From NCBI GenBank assembly GCA_010093815.1, contig ML996565.1: DNA of 64,000 nucleotides. One strand, given 5' to 3'. Numbering within the stretch: position 1 is the first letter of the stretch; the number at the start of each line of letters is the position of its first letter. A program made the translations under genes and the position numbers. This DNA comes from Pseudovirgaria hyperparasitica. Its lineage: Eukaryota. Positions 1 through 12,959 of the stretch are shown here, piece by piece. The notes beneath the pieces were generated by a model, which searched no databases, was not told where the DNA came from, and worked only from the letters and a program-made list of their open reading frames with translations.

Positions 1-585
1 GCCACGGTCCATGACCCGCGAGGCAACCTGGAGTCGCTGAGCCAAAATGTCCGACCGCCTCCTCTGGCATGGGGCTCAGTCGTACAACTGCCATCCGGTA
101 GCACCTCGAGTATGCAGCGCCTCTCCTTAGCAGAGTCTGTCGAGATGGGACGATTGTGCTAACAGCAATTCATTACCAGGGGCGTCGTCAATGATGAGAG
201 AACTATATAAAGGGCGTCGTCCAGCCGGATGGCGACAGTCTGAGCATCGATTCTCGAATTCAATTCCCGACCTTTGACAGTTTCCCAGCAACTCCCCCTT
301 TGTATCCACACTCCTCATCGTACAGGCCTAGTCGTCAGTGCAGATATGCTTGGTCAAACACCCAACACAGATAACCACGTAGCGTATCTGGGCAGCAGGC
401 TGTCCGAATCAACTACCGAGTAAGTCATGTTGTCTCATGAACGTATTCCACAAGCTGATTTTTCGTTGTCACAGAGAGACATCAGTCCCTGAAGGCCCGC
501 CTCTAGAGTCACTTGGGCCCGAAGAAGAACCAGTAGACGGTACATAACCGAGCTGTGATAGACAGAAGCACACATCATGGAGCTA

Positions 586-750
586 CATGATACCGGAGCA
601 CACGATACAGAAGGACACGATACAGAAGGACACGATACAGAAGGACACGATACAGAAGCACACGATACAGAAGCACACGATACAGAAGCACACGATACAG
701 AAGGACACGATACAGAAGCACAAGATACATAAGTACACGATATAGAAGTA
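586..750. repeat. 15-bp minisatellite (CACGATACAGAAG[G/C]A), about 11 copies, degenerate at both ends
   Basis: Tandem units directly visible at 601-720, with decayed copies on each side; explains the LLYRV-repeat ORF 575..811. Confidence 0.95.
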
Positions 751-1143
751 ATGAATCATCACACACGCTGCTCAACAGGACCACCACAATAGAGACAACA
801 AAGCTTTTCAAGAGGAGTTGCGATAGTCGATGGGATCTGACACACTCGGCGCAGAATCCAGACGACTGGATGAGCTTGGGCGATCCACCTTGTCTAGCAA
901 TGTGGCTTTGGTCGGAGATCAGCTAGATAAGGGAGAGAATTCAGATACTACTACATCACGTATGAAGCCTTACTATGGCTGACTGAGTGTAATACTCGTA
1001 GCCACAACGCAAATTCCTGTCTGATCTCTTCCACGCTTTCGTGATATTAGACGTCTATGGCTTTGGGCTATACACATCATGCTGCCCAGATTTGAGAGAC
1101 ACACACTATGAGCCTTTAGATTCACTGAAAGTGGCCTATCGAG

Positions 1144-1929
1144 TCACTTCAAGTTCCATCTTTTTGCCATTTCGATACCTTCAGCCATCGTTCCCACACG
1201 TGCATCTATCGCGTATCCTTCCTTCGCCAGCTTTATACACTCGGCATATAGGTCTGCGAGTGGGACTGCAAAGCACTCGATGAACTCATTCGCTTCCAGC
1301 TCCGGCTTTGGGTTCTGGTTCTCCGGCCTGCTTAGATCGATCGTGACATGCACCATCTGCAGATTGGTGGTACAGAAGCCAGGGTCATTCCACATGACCG
1401 GACTCACACCAAATCCTTCGCTGACAATGTCACCAGTGTAACCCGTTTCCTCTTTGAGTTCGCGCGCCGCTGCTTCTTCTGCAGACTCGTTCGCGTCGAC
1501 CAAGCCAGCCGGGACTTCGATGCATACGGCGGCGACCGGAGGCCGGAATTGCTTCTGGAGTAGAATGCACGGTTTTCCGGATGCTTGGACTTGTTTGACG
1601 AGTGGGTGAGCGCTATCGGGAAGCGCCTCAGAAGACGGCTGGAAAATGGCTGTAATACCAACGCCATCGATAAGTGAACCTTTTGCGCGTGTGCTACGAG
1701 ATGCGGACTCCCAGACTCGTTCTTTGTTCTCCGGATCGGTGTATGTTATTCTACGAGAAGATCAGAATCATATTCCGATGGACTCGTGAAGTGAGGTGGA
1801 CTTCTCAAGTTTCAACCATTTGGCTTCGCCGGCAGTCTGTGTTGTTTGTGTCAGTGCGTGAGTACGTGCATGCGCTGGAAAACGTACCAGTGACTCGATC
1901 TTTTGGATCTTTGAACTGTGGAGGGACAT
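1144..1929 (-). CDS. YSA1: ADP-ribose pyrophosphatase (Nudix hydrolase), 3 exons: 1929-1888, 1836-1802, 1750-1144
   Basis: The spliced product has QFRPP, IEVPAG and a complete Nudix box GLVDANESAEEAAARELKEETGY. Two 51-nt introns with CTGAC/CTGAT branch points. Confidence 0.9.
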
Positions 1930-2580
1930 GTTGAGCGGGTGTTTGAGAGAGTGAGCACTTCGAAACTCTGTATAAGTGCTATGCAAGTGAGTTGAACTGC
2001 ACTGAGAAGCCCGGAGACTTAACGGAGTAGGCACCGAAGTACACGTGAATTATAAATAATATGGGAATCCTGAGCGCGTGGGGAATGCGAATGACTGATC
2101 ACGGGCGATCTGCTAGTCTGCCTCAGGCTAGCTCAGCCCAACTGCACTAATTAGTCAGCCTCGTTCATTCTTATGGTGAGGCTGTGAACACACTTTCTTG
2201 GATGACCCGAGTGTGCATTCAATTTGCACATCTTCGCCTACACATCGCCAGATGCGAGAAGATTATACTTCGTATGGCGTCAGTGCGATGCTTGCCTCTA
2301 CATCTGCAATAGTTCGTTACTCTAAACCTACGTGTACAGCGTAGAGCTGGTGCCACATGGGCCTCCTGAAATGCTATCTAGCCAAGCGACTGCCATAGAA
2401 ATGCCGTATGAGTTTTCCAGATTTCGTACCCAGACATCACACTCTCGCTGTTGGATACCTTGGATGCATTGTATCGTGAGATCACGAACGCTCCAGTGCG
2501 CCAACGAGGTAATGGTAAGCTGAGAGAACTTGATATGTACTTATATGTACCAGGGAGCGAGTGGTGGTGTTCCCGAGAGA

Positions 2581-2763
2581 GACAACAGAGACTAAATAGT
2601 CTTGCTTATTATTGGCTGTCGACTGGTTAGCCAATGAAAATAGGCCATAGAGGGACTGCGCCGTTCAATCAACAGACAACAAGAGACTAGATAGTCTTGA
2701 TTATTATTGGTTAGTTGGTTGACTGGAGCTCTCAATCGAGAGACTACATAGTCTTAATTATTG
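2581..2763. repeat. Three dispersed copies of a ~30-bp motif with a palindromic core AGACTA-NA-TAGTCT
   Basis: Copies at ~2587 (AGAGACTAAATAGTCTTGCTTATTATTGG), ~2682 (AGAGACTAGATAGTCTTGATTATTATTGG) and ~2739 (AGAGACTACATAGTCTTAATTATTG). Confidence 0.85.
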
Positions 2764-3343
2764 TAAGAGCAAAACACACAGAGCATTTGATACTTTCCTG
2801 GTCCTGACGAATGTATGCTGCGGGATTGGGCATGTTTTCTTTTTAGTAGCCAATGCACCGCCCATTATGATGGAGACGATCTAACAACGAACCATAGTCG
2901 ATAGTTGGCTGTTTTGATGAGGCTTGGGAGAAGGACGTGTGTCTCAAAGGATGACATATACTTATACATGTTTCTCCTAGTCGCCAGCAGGCAGACCTGC
3001 AGGTCCTTGAAACGGAGAAGCAGATACCCGTTGCAGAGGCCACAATCCTCAGATCCTGCATGCCACGGCCTTGTAGCCATCCGGACATCTAGCAACACCG
3101 TCAACTCTTTCGGACCGTATTCCAGCAAGTGCCATCTCCATTGGTCGAGAGCTGCACTCAGCGTCTCGATTAGGTTACCTCTTTCCGGATCGCCCACCAC
3201 CCGGCATGCACAACGGGCGGACACTAGCGGCATCAACCCAAACACCATGGTGCATGCCGCGCTGTTGATATACTCGCGAGAAGCTGACGTCCTGTTTTTT
3301 CAGAGATGGCCTTCGCACTGCTACATCCTAGAAGTCGCCTAGG

Positions 3344-5486
3344 ATGAGGCTCAAGAGGATCACTCCCAGGACGTGCCTTTGGCCGTTGGTCGGGTGTCTC
3401 GTCGCTACATTCGCACTCAGTCTGGGTCTCACGTACAGATCAAATCACCACTGCTACGCCGGAACGTGCGGAGAGACACTGTTTCCCTTCCAAGCCCGGC
3501 TTCATGTCGTCGTTTGGTATGCCTGGGTTTCTCTTTCGGTCGCTGTTTTGGCATTTCGCGCCTTCAGACCGGCGGTCCATGGATTCCTTCGCACGCAACT
3601 CGGATTCCAGGTCCCAATTCTCGGTAAACAGGTACGCATCAGTGGGATACTCATCGTGCTATGGGTGCTTGGACTCTATGGAATACTCATCGGAGTGTGG
3701 TGGATCAGACTCCGGGACTACTTTCAAGACCGCGGCGAGGGTTTACCGGGCAACAATGTTGTGGCAGCCGTTGCATTGACTGGACATCTTGCCGATGTGA
3801 CCATGGGCATGGTCCTCCTGCCTGTATCAAGAAACTCGGCGCTCGGATCGTTCTTCAAGCTCTCACCGACGACGACCTTCACCTTTCACATGATCCAAGC
3901 GTACACGCTGTTTGGCCTGGTCATGACACACGGAATACTGTACGCAGTCTGGGTCGGCATCTTCAACCAGCACCGACTGCGGATCAAGCCAGTCTTCCCG
4001 GTCTTGAATCCAACCTACGTGTTCAACGAAGTGTGGCCTGGTAACTCCTCATCACTGGGGATCTGGAAGGCATCTTTGATCTTTACAGGCTGCATCTCCG
4101 GGATCATAATGATCATGATTTTCTGCACGAGCTTTCCACCCATACGCCGCAAGCATTTCAATCTCTTCTACTTTACCCATCTGCTCAGCATCCCGGCCGT
4201 CATTGTCATCTGCCTCCACGCAAGCACAATGTTCTACTGCACGATACCAGGGCTGTCAATGTGGCTCTTGGACTGGGGGATGAGACTGTACGATCTGAGT
4301 GGGAAGATAGATAGCAGACTGGAGCATCTTGGGCGAGGTTGGTATCGGTAAGTACCACTAGTCACTTGCTCACATGCTGAGTCGTTTCTAACGATGCGTA
4401 TCGTGTAGCCTCACGCTCCCACTCTCACGGAAACGGCTCACAGGGTGTGCGTGCCACTCCCCGCTCGCACATTTCTACGTCCACCACTCCGACTCGTCGA
4501 TCCGCGAACTGCATCCCTTCACGACAATCACGCATCTCGCCTCGCAGGAGCGGATCGTACACGAAGGCGAGTCCTCGCTGAGCATACAGTTTCTCTTCCG
4601 CAAGAGCGTCTCGGCACCGCTGGAGACGCTGACACCGGGGTCAGCGAAAAGACACAGCTATCCGCAGTGGACAGCAAAGCTCGCATCGCTTACCGCCAAT
4701 GATGGCGAGGCAGCGAATGGTGGAGACGTAGAGCGCTCGAACCCAGCGTCTCAGTCCAGAGACCCAACCCGACGATCTTCAGTGTCGAGCACCACTCCAT
4801 TGAACCTGCGCCTCGAAGGCCCGTATTTCACAATGGCTACGCCGAGCAGATACACTGCAGTGCTATGTCTCGTTGCGGGCACCGGTCTCAGCGGCGCACT
4901 CGCAATCGCCGCAGCCTTCAAAGCCGAATGGGACGGCCCGTCGCAATCAAACTGCGCCGTCGGAGGACAAGCAATTCCCAGCGGAAGCAAAGAGTCGAGC
5001 GATACATGTGCGATGGGCGCCCAAGCCCCCATAGCGCCGAAATGGAGGACATGCAAGATAGCATGGAGTGTGCGAGAGGCCGACTACGTCGACATGCCCA
5101 TGTTCTCAGGTAAGCCCGCATCCGAGCCGCGAAAACACAAACGAGCGGAATTGACAAATTGGTTTTTTTTTTTTTTAGATCTCAAATGCCCCGGACTCTC
5201 CATCGAGGCACACCAGACAGGCACCGGACGGCCTCGACTGGATATCGCGCGCACTCTTCACGACGTGTGCAACGCATCCGCATCCGCATCCGCACCCGAC
5301 CCGAGCGCCGTTCCGGAGAAGCCACGGTCGATCCGCAAGGAGATTCGGAAGTCGCTCACGCCATCTACGACGCACGAACGCAGCACCTGGGTCTATATCT
5401 CCGGGCCTGGGGGCTTCATCGATGCCGCAGAGGCCGAGTGCAGGAAGATCGACGGGCTGGACTGGTTCGCGGCGCGCTGGGATTGA
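3344..5486 (+). CDS. Ferric/cupric reductase-like flavocytochrome (FRE family), exons 3344-4347, 4409-5109, 5179-5486
   Basis: Multiple TM helices with paired heme His (FHMIQ...MTHG; THLL...CLHAS), FAD motif HPFT, EGPY, NADPH motif VAGTG and C-terminal YISGP. Canonical GTAAGT/GTAAGC introns restore the frame. Confidence 0.9.
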
Positions 5487-7867
5487 TTGTCTTGGACGGG
5501 TGCCTATCATCCGAGAGATTGGCTGCTTCTCTCCAAGACCATGCGTGTGCATGAATCGTCCGGATTGCAGAGCGATTGTGGACTGTGGCGTGTTGAGCGT
5601 GTGAATATATCCATGCGCCACGCCACCTCGGATGCCAGCCGTCGAATTCCATCGGGCTCGTCGACCGGACGAACTCTGCAGGGCAAAATCATGTCGATCG
5701 CCGGATCTGAAACCATGCACGATCCCAACCGGCGATCTGTCTGACCACTCGTTCCAGCCCTGTCGTCTTCAGGCGCCCTGAGTGCGCAGTGGAGGGCTCC
5801 AGGTCACGGCTTGTTTTGCATGGAGTGTCAGATGTCTGTGGGCGTATATCTGATGTGTCGGATCAGTTGCGTGTCGAAGGTATGTTCTTGTCGCCTTATC
5901 GTTGTGAGGCACTGGATATTCGCAACTGCTTATGCGTATCTGGCTCGCATGAAGAATAATGAGATGAAGAGAGGGTGTATGAGAGAGTGCGTCAGCATGT
6001 GTGAGTGTGAGTCAGTATGAGAAACGCCATGCAGCCTTGCGGCGCAGGAAGCAGGACGAGTCGCGCCGTATCATACCATACCAAGTAGTCTATATCTATA
6101 CATACGACCTCGCACGCCTTTCTTGCCCTGTTTGCAAACACTTCCCTAATTACCATGCATAGCATAATATACACATCCACAAACACCAACCAACAACCCA
6201 GTACATCAGTCAAGCCCAAAACATCCAGTGAAGCCCCACAAACCTTCAATAGGAAAGAAAGACAGAAGAGACAATAGGCAGGAAAGTGACGTATCACAAC
6301 TCACATCACACCAGCCTGAGTGTCACCTCACCTCACCTACTGGTAGTAAAGTACATAATCCACCTGCAGTATGGCATGCATGCATGCATGGATCTCATGT
6401 GAGCGGCTATATCGGAGTTAACAGTTGCGTGCATGCATTGCATTGCATTGCATGGGCTGGGCGTGCGGGGGGGAAGGGGGCATTCTAAGTTATACTTCGC
6501 GCGCGGCCCATGTTTTGCGTTTTGTGTCAGGATGCAGATGAAACGTGGGCTTTCTCCGCGGAAAGGTTAGGATGTATGTGCTGGTTGTGGTTCTGGATAT
6601 GGCATGGCGCTGCGGTGGATGGAGATGTTGGGGTTGTAGAGAAGATTGATGTGGAATTGTGGATGTTGGATGTTGGATGATGGGGATGATGGGGATGTAT
6701 ACGGGAACGGAGAGAATGGTGGTATTTCATAGTATGTTGTATTTGTCTGGGTCTGAGATGAGATGAGATGACTGACAAGATGATACTGTAGATGATAGAT
6801 CACTCCCCGGGCGGAACAGCAGGCATAATAGACGGGGAGAAGAGCCTTTAGACGGCTAGTCCCGAACTACCTTGACGGAACCCTGGGAATTGACCTGGGC
6901 AGTCAGACAGTAGTAAATTCACATTAGTAATACCTCAATCCCTACCCAACTGACCAGGTTAGATCAATCAGCACTGCGCTGTCAGAAATGAATCATAGAC
7001 AATGATAATAGCATAATCGCGCGCAAGAAAGGGAGCACTTCCGCCACAGAGTAGTGGTAGTAATCAAGGATAAGTCAAGAAGAAAGCCCGACAAAAGCGG
7101 CATATGGACAAAATAAACAAACCCAAAAACCAGGGTCAACCTTAATACTTCCAGGTTACCATCCTGTCCACTGGGGGTGGTACTAACCTTGAATACAGTA
7201 GGCTCACGCTTAAGTAAGCCCCTCTCGGCCGAGCAAAAGGAGACAATCTAGCTCTGCCATCTCGGCCGAGGCACCAGAAAACCCCAGACACTAGCCGGGG
7301 GATGATGCGGGAAAATAAGACTGTTTGTCCTCGGTTTTCCCTCGTTTCTCGTTTCTCGTTTGATGCATATGACAAAAGAACCGGGTTTAGTATTGTGTGT
7401 TTGTGTGGTTTTGTCTCTTTCTTTCGTGTTTCCCCAGGAGTTCGTGGTCACGTCGGTCGGTCGCGGCGGTCGGGCGGTCGGTCGGTCGGTTTGTGTATAT
7501 AGATATATATATAGCACCTTGGCTACATCCATCTCCCCCCCCTTCGCCCCCCGCCTTGCTTTGCCTTGCTTTCCCTCTCTCTCCCTCTCTCTCTCTCCCC
7601 GTTGTGGTCGTGGATGTTGGACGTGTGGAATTTTGTGAAGAGCGATTTCGATTGATCTTAGGCTGGCTTGAACCTGGATTGTCGCGTCGGCTGCTTGCTT
7701 GCTACCTACCCTACCACCACCTAGTATCCTACCTCCGCAAACCCGCACAACATTACGTCACACCAGAACTCCTATAAAAAAAACCCTCCATACCATCACA
7801 AACTACCACAACCCACGACCCAACCCCCCAAATCCTCACCACCACCACCACAAACACCAACACAACA

Positions 7868-8764
7868 ATGGCCTTCGCCTCAACCCAGTACGACACCATC
7901 GGCGACAAATACAACGACATCAAAGTCCTGCCCTTCTCCTTCTACGAGCGCGCCAACGTGCGCGCCGCCGTGCAGCCGTATCTAGACGCGAATCCGTCTG
8001 CTGCGGTGCTCGACCTCGCGTGCGGGACGGGGTTTATCTCGCGCAGTCTGGTGGAGTGGGGTGCGCGGTATGTGCTTGGTGTGGATATTAGTGTTGGGAT
8101 GATTGAGGCTGCGCGGGCGGATGGGCGGGGGCAGGGAGGTGGAGGAGGAGGTGGTGATGATGATGACGGTGATAATGGTGGGAGACTGAGGTATGTGGTA
8201 GGCGACGCAAAGGGGTTAGGAAGGCTGGACTGGGAGGGAAATGAGATTGGGCATGCTGGGGAAGAGGGCGCGGGCGAGGGCGAGGGCAAAGGACAGTTCG
8301 ACATCGTCGTCGGCACCTGGCTGCTCAACTACGCCGAAGACACGGTCGAGATGGCAAAGATGTGGCGATCCATCGTCACCAACCTGAAGGACGGCGGGGT
8401 GTTCATCGGCACTGTGCCACGGGCGGCGGACGATCTGGACGGCCTAGTGGCACGCAAGGCGCGGTTCAACGCCGAGCACCCCGGCTATTTCGGCGCAACG
8501 TGGGAGCATCCGCACAAACTTGCCAACGGGGAAGGGTATCTGGGGCGGATGAGGGGCCATGGCACGCGGCCGTTTGTGTTTGAGTGGTATCATCTGCGCA
8601 AGGAGATTCACGAGGTTGCGGCGCGGCGGGCGGGGATGACGGGGAGGTTTGAGTGGAGGCAGCTTGTGCTGGAGGAGGAGGATCGGCGGCGGGCGTCGGA
8701 GGAGTATTGGGAGAGGTATGAGCAGATGTGTGGGCATTTCTCCATCTTGGTAGCACACAAGTGA
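7868..8764 (+). CDS. Class I SAM-dependent methyltransferase, intronless
   Basis: Motif I VLDLACGTG, GVDIS, GDA and FDIVVGTWLLNY; good ACAATG start context. Confidence 0.9.
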   Translation: MAFASTQYDTIGDKYNDIKVLPFSFYERANVRAAVQPYLDANPSAAVLDLACGTGFISRSLVEWGARYVLGVDISVGMIEAARADGRGQGGGGGGGDDDDGDNGGRLRYVVGDAKGLGRLDWEGNEIGHAGEEGAGEGEGKGQFDIVVGTWLLNYAEDTVEMAKMWRSIVTNLKDGGVFIGTVPRAADDLDGLVARKARFNAEHPGYFGATWEHPHKLANGEGYLGRMRGHGTRPFVFEWYHLRKEIHEVAARRAGMTGRFEWRQLVLEEEDRRRASEEYWERYEQMCGHFSILVAHK

Positions 8765-9466
8765 AGGTCAAGTGGGTGGTGTGTTGTATGTATGTAGCTT
8801 GAGAGTTTGGGCGTTGCATGGAGAGTGGGGAGTGATGGGCGTCATGGCCTTTCTGGACTACAGTTCAACAATCAATCCATCGGTTCTTCAGTCCATAGAC
8901 GGTGTTGCAGAGTTGGCAGCCATATTGGACATCCCTCTAGTCTTCGAGACGCAGATTCACGTGATGAAGCCTGAGTTCCAAGGGGGAAGTCATACACAAA
9001 GACTGGCTAACGACGTAATTTCGGAAATATGAGATGGAGAGTGGAGACAGCCATGTGCTCGCTAGCGGACGGGAGAAATGGAAGAATGGAATATTCCATG
9101 CAAATCGGCGTATTCGCCGGGGCTATTAACACGGCAGTAGTAGTAGTACTCGGCGGTGGCATGACGTGGATATAAATGAGGCCGAGAGTACACACACAGC
9201 TGGCGACAAAGGGTGATGCAGCACAACGAGAGACCGAAACCAAGAGACGAAATGAATGAGGCATTGCAGCTATTGAAGAACAAAAAGGAACACGATGAAA
9301 TGGAGATGGCGGTGGACTAAAAAAGGAGGCGAGGAAGCGAAGAAGAAGCGAAGTGTTGAAGCTATTGAAAAAGTGCCGGTCCTGGTCTGGTCTGGCCCTG
9401 TGGGTTTTTGCGGCTCTGGGCATCTCGATTCTGCCGCCTCTCCCCCCCAACTGCACGGACTCGCAC

Positions 9467-9556
9467 GTGTAATGTGTAATGTGTAATGTGTAATGTGTAA
9501 TGTGTAATGTGTAATGTGTAATGTGTAATGTGTAATGTGTAATGTGTAATGTGTAA
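9467..9556. repeat. Perfect 7-bp tandem repeat (GTGTAAT)x12 plus a partial copy
   Basis: Directly visible; explains the HITHYTL-repeat ORFs on the minus strand. Confidence 0.98.
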
Positions 9557-10995
9557 ATGGATCCATGCGTGTGTACAGCATAAAGTTGCCGGCACGACGT
9601 CGCCCAAACAAACGTCTGATGGAGCATGGCCCAGCCCCTTCGTTCATGGATGGTTAGACAGGCGGGGTGGCAGGACCGGCAGGATGCGCCGGCAGCAGTC
9701 TTTTCTTTCAAGCCAGACAGACGATTGACAGACGACAGAGAGGTGGGTGTAGATGTGGATGTGGATGGACGTGGCACAAACCTTGATGTCAACATGGCAC
9801 ACGGAGTCCACGATGGGAGATGTACATATATATATAGATTATAGAAATAGATAGAGACACGGTATGGACGACTGCACTGTCGCAACGCCACGACAACCTA
9901 CACATACACATATAAGCATCTGAATCGATAATGCAATAAGCTACCGAAAGGTTAAGGGGTTAATTAAGGTTAGGAACGAGAACGAGAAGCGAGAGTCAGG
10001 ATAAGGATGATTTGGGCCTGAGGCTGCAACAAGCCAACAAGCGCTCCCTGCTCCCGATAAGAGGGGGAACTGCAGCTGTTACGTCAGCGCAGACTGCAGA
10101 CTGAGTGGCGTATATGTCAGACTGCAGACCGCAGCCTGCACGCACTGTAAACGCCTTATCCGGCGGCAACCTGGAACACAACTGGCGAGTGTTTGTGACC
10201 AATCGCCCCTCCCCAATCCGGCAAGGGCAACAGGGCTTGTTGACGCCCAAAATGATCGGCAGGTACGCGGCTCGCTTGTTAATATATACAAGTAGCGTGT
10301 TCCTATTCCATTCATATCTCTGTCAATACCACTACTAGCTGTCAGTCAGTCAGTCTGTTGGCTTGTGAAAAGGGACAAAGAGATATAGGCATATACTCCC
10401 TCCCTCCCTCGCAGTACATCACAGTCAGACAGTCTGGGTCGCGTATGTATTTATGGATACCGGCGGTGGATACAAGTACCAAGATGACCAAGTGCTGGGT
10501 CTGGTTGTGCATTAATCGCTGCCCCACCTGCAGTATTGGGTGGGTAGTGTCAAGTCTGGCATCTACCCGCTTTACTTCGTCCTTTCCCGTTCCAGCGATC
10601 TTCAATGCCTGGCGCCTGCACTATTTACTATTATACTTCTTCTAGTCGGTCGCGCCTACCTTGCGTGGTGGTTGTTGGTGGTATTAATACAATTATGCCT
10701 CCTTCTCCATCCATCCATTCATGTCCCCCCCTGTCTTGCACTTGTGGTCGTTCGTCCCTTCTATCTTCGGTCTTAACATCCTTCCTTACCACCCTTCCTC
10801 TCACTTTCACTCCGTCGTTCACTCTTTGTCTTCTCCCTCTGGTCCAGTCTCGAGCGTGAAGCATCTTCTCCATCCTTTAATGCTGCCTTGACCTAGAGCC
10901 CGTCGACTTTCCTTACTCTTCTTGCATTGCATCTTACCGGCCACGGCGTTTTTCGTTTCCCTTTTCGATTTCTATATACCCTTTCCCCAGACTGA

Positions 10996-12959
10996 ATGCC
11001 TCAACCGTCACCGCTCGACTCTTGGGGCAGCGCTTGGAAATATGCGTGAGTGCTGCTGCCAGGCAGCAGACTTCCACTTCGTCCTACTCACAGCCCGGCA
11101 GAGTAATCTTCGTTGCCTTACTCGCCGTCGCTGCTGGTACCGGCGGGGGAAGGATGCTCTGGCTCCGACGACGGTTTCATTGCCGACTGACACTCAAGCA
11201 GGCAGACACTGATGTCGTGTAGTAACCGGAGAACGAGGTCCGGTCTCCAACACGATGCCAACGAGTCCACTCCCGCTCCCGCTCCGGCTTTGAGGTCGGA
11301 GGGTGATCTGTTCGGGATAAGAGCACTCGAGGCAGGCTACACTGGAGGCATCGCCCAGTCAAAACCACAGATCACTCAAGAAGAGACCCCCCTATCACCG
11401 GGTCTTTCTCAGCTTTCCTACGTCATGGACTCGCCTCCGCGACGTCCACCACACGCCAGACGTGCTGCTTCGCCAGGGAGCAAGTCACAACTCTCGTTCA
11501 AACTGCAGCCGGCTCCGCGCAAACGAGATGAATCGCCCAATCCACCGCGACCATCCACCGCCAACGGTTCACGATCGGGTACTCCGACCATGTGGTTCCG
11601 TTCGCAGCAGGATGCCTCCGTTCCGAAAAGCTGGTACCTCCCCACTAGCGAAGAGATCTTTGGCAACGGGCCTGTAATCCCGACCTCGAGGCCAAGCACG
11701 AGGACAGAATTGCGCTCTCGAGCCTCCATCAAGTCCACTAAATCTGACCATACGTCGGATTCTTCGAGTAGCCGCGGGCGCGAGAGGCTACAGCCTTCAG
11801 ATGCCGAGCTCAATGGCAGAATCAACCATGCCGTCCCTGCAAACACTATCGCTCCTACCATTGATGACTCGACAACACAACAGTCAACCAGTGCTACCAC
11901 GGCCGCGACGTCTGTCGAGGAATCGCGGACATCGCGGCCCTCTACACCACGCAGCGCTGCACCCGGTTTATCTCTTTTTCCCAAGGTCGACGGATATCGA
12001 AGACCAACCACTCCGCGGACCCCGAAAAGCTTCCAATTCGACCTGGAGTCGGCCGTAGAGAAGAGATCCGTCAAGGAACAATCTCCATCCAAGCCCACAC
12101 CCTCGTCCACTTTGAGGCCTCTCTCCTTTCAGAACGAATCATTTTCTCATACACCGCCACAACCCCAACCCCAACAACACGACTCAGAGAACACTCAACA
12201 AACTGACGATCGCACGCCAAGGCGGCGTGTAGAGTCTCAAATCATAGACAGCTATATCTACTCAAGTATGAACTCATGATTCCATATATTTCGTAGCTAC
12301 TTTTAAATTGAGCTCGACTGACATCTTCTGAAGACATGCGACGTACTTCCTCTCCGAATGGTCACATGACCTGTCATTCCCGCGACGACAGCACGGAAAG
12401 CGCAACCAGTCACTACAGTGACAACACCGTTCGCGATATCCCCCGTGCTCCCTCCACCGCCCCTTGCCTCGAAACACTGAGCATAGCGTCGCTGTCGCCA
12501 TTCGATCCCTTCTTCCCGCTAGAACTCACTCCCCCACTCTCACCCGACGACGACGAAGACGACACTACGATTAAAGGCTCTTCCGCGCCAAACAGACTAT
12601 CTGTACACGCAAACCGCCCTCCCTCGCCCGACCACCTCTCCCCACGGCACCGCCAGTCTCTCTCAGCCTCCACATTCTCATCTTTCAACACGTCCGCATC
12701 GCTGCACGACAGGTCCTATTCGCCCGACCCAGCACTGGAGCCTGTCACGTACGCGAGCGCCAAACAAGCCCGCTTCTCCAAAGAAGCGCCGCGACTCAGC
12801 ATCATCAGGAGGAGCATGACCGCCAGCCCGACGAGTCCGCGGAGTCCTGTCACTAAAATGTCCCACCTGTCCAGTCTGACACCAACACGCGAGGACGACG
12901 GCCCAGATGGCCATGTCTGGCGCACAAACAGTATGAAGATCATTACTGTGTCCGAGTAA
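10996..12959 (+). CDS. Ser/Pro-rich hypothetical protein, exons 10996-11045, 11223-12265, 12334-12959
   Basis: GTGAGT..CTGAT..TAG and GTATGA..CTGAC..AAG introns join three frames in phase (MPQPSPLDSWGSAWKYANRRT...). One compact motif, EGDLFGIRALEAGYTGGIAQS, within an otherwise low-complexity protein. Confidence 0.75.

Noticed and set aside
575..811. LLYRV-repeat ORF, or a CRISPR-like array
   Set aside because: It is a head-to-tail 15-bp minisatellite with no spacers; the ORF is a by-product of the repeat.
2865..3248. 127-aa minus-strand ORF upstream of the ferric reductase
   Set aside because: No motif I can name with confidence; could be a gene fragment but is unsupported.
7070..7198. ATAAGT ... 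TACTAAC ... CAG, resembling the 3'-end processing intron of filamentous-fungal telomerase RNA
   Set aside because: There is no Sm site before ATAAGT and no TAACCCTAA template upstream, and the flanks are simple-repeat DNA.
3344..8764. Secondary-metabolite cluster (reductase + methyltransferase)
   Set aside because: No backbone enzyme (PKS/NRPS/terpene synthase) in the window, and the neighbours are housekeeping genes.
9007..9891. Long ORFs containing HITHYTL repeats
   Set aside because: All three minus frames stay open only because the 7-bp unit lacks stops; no coding signature.
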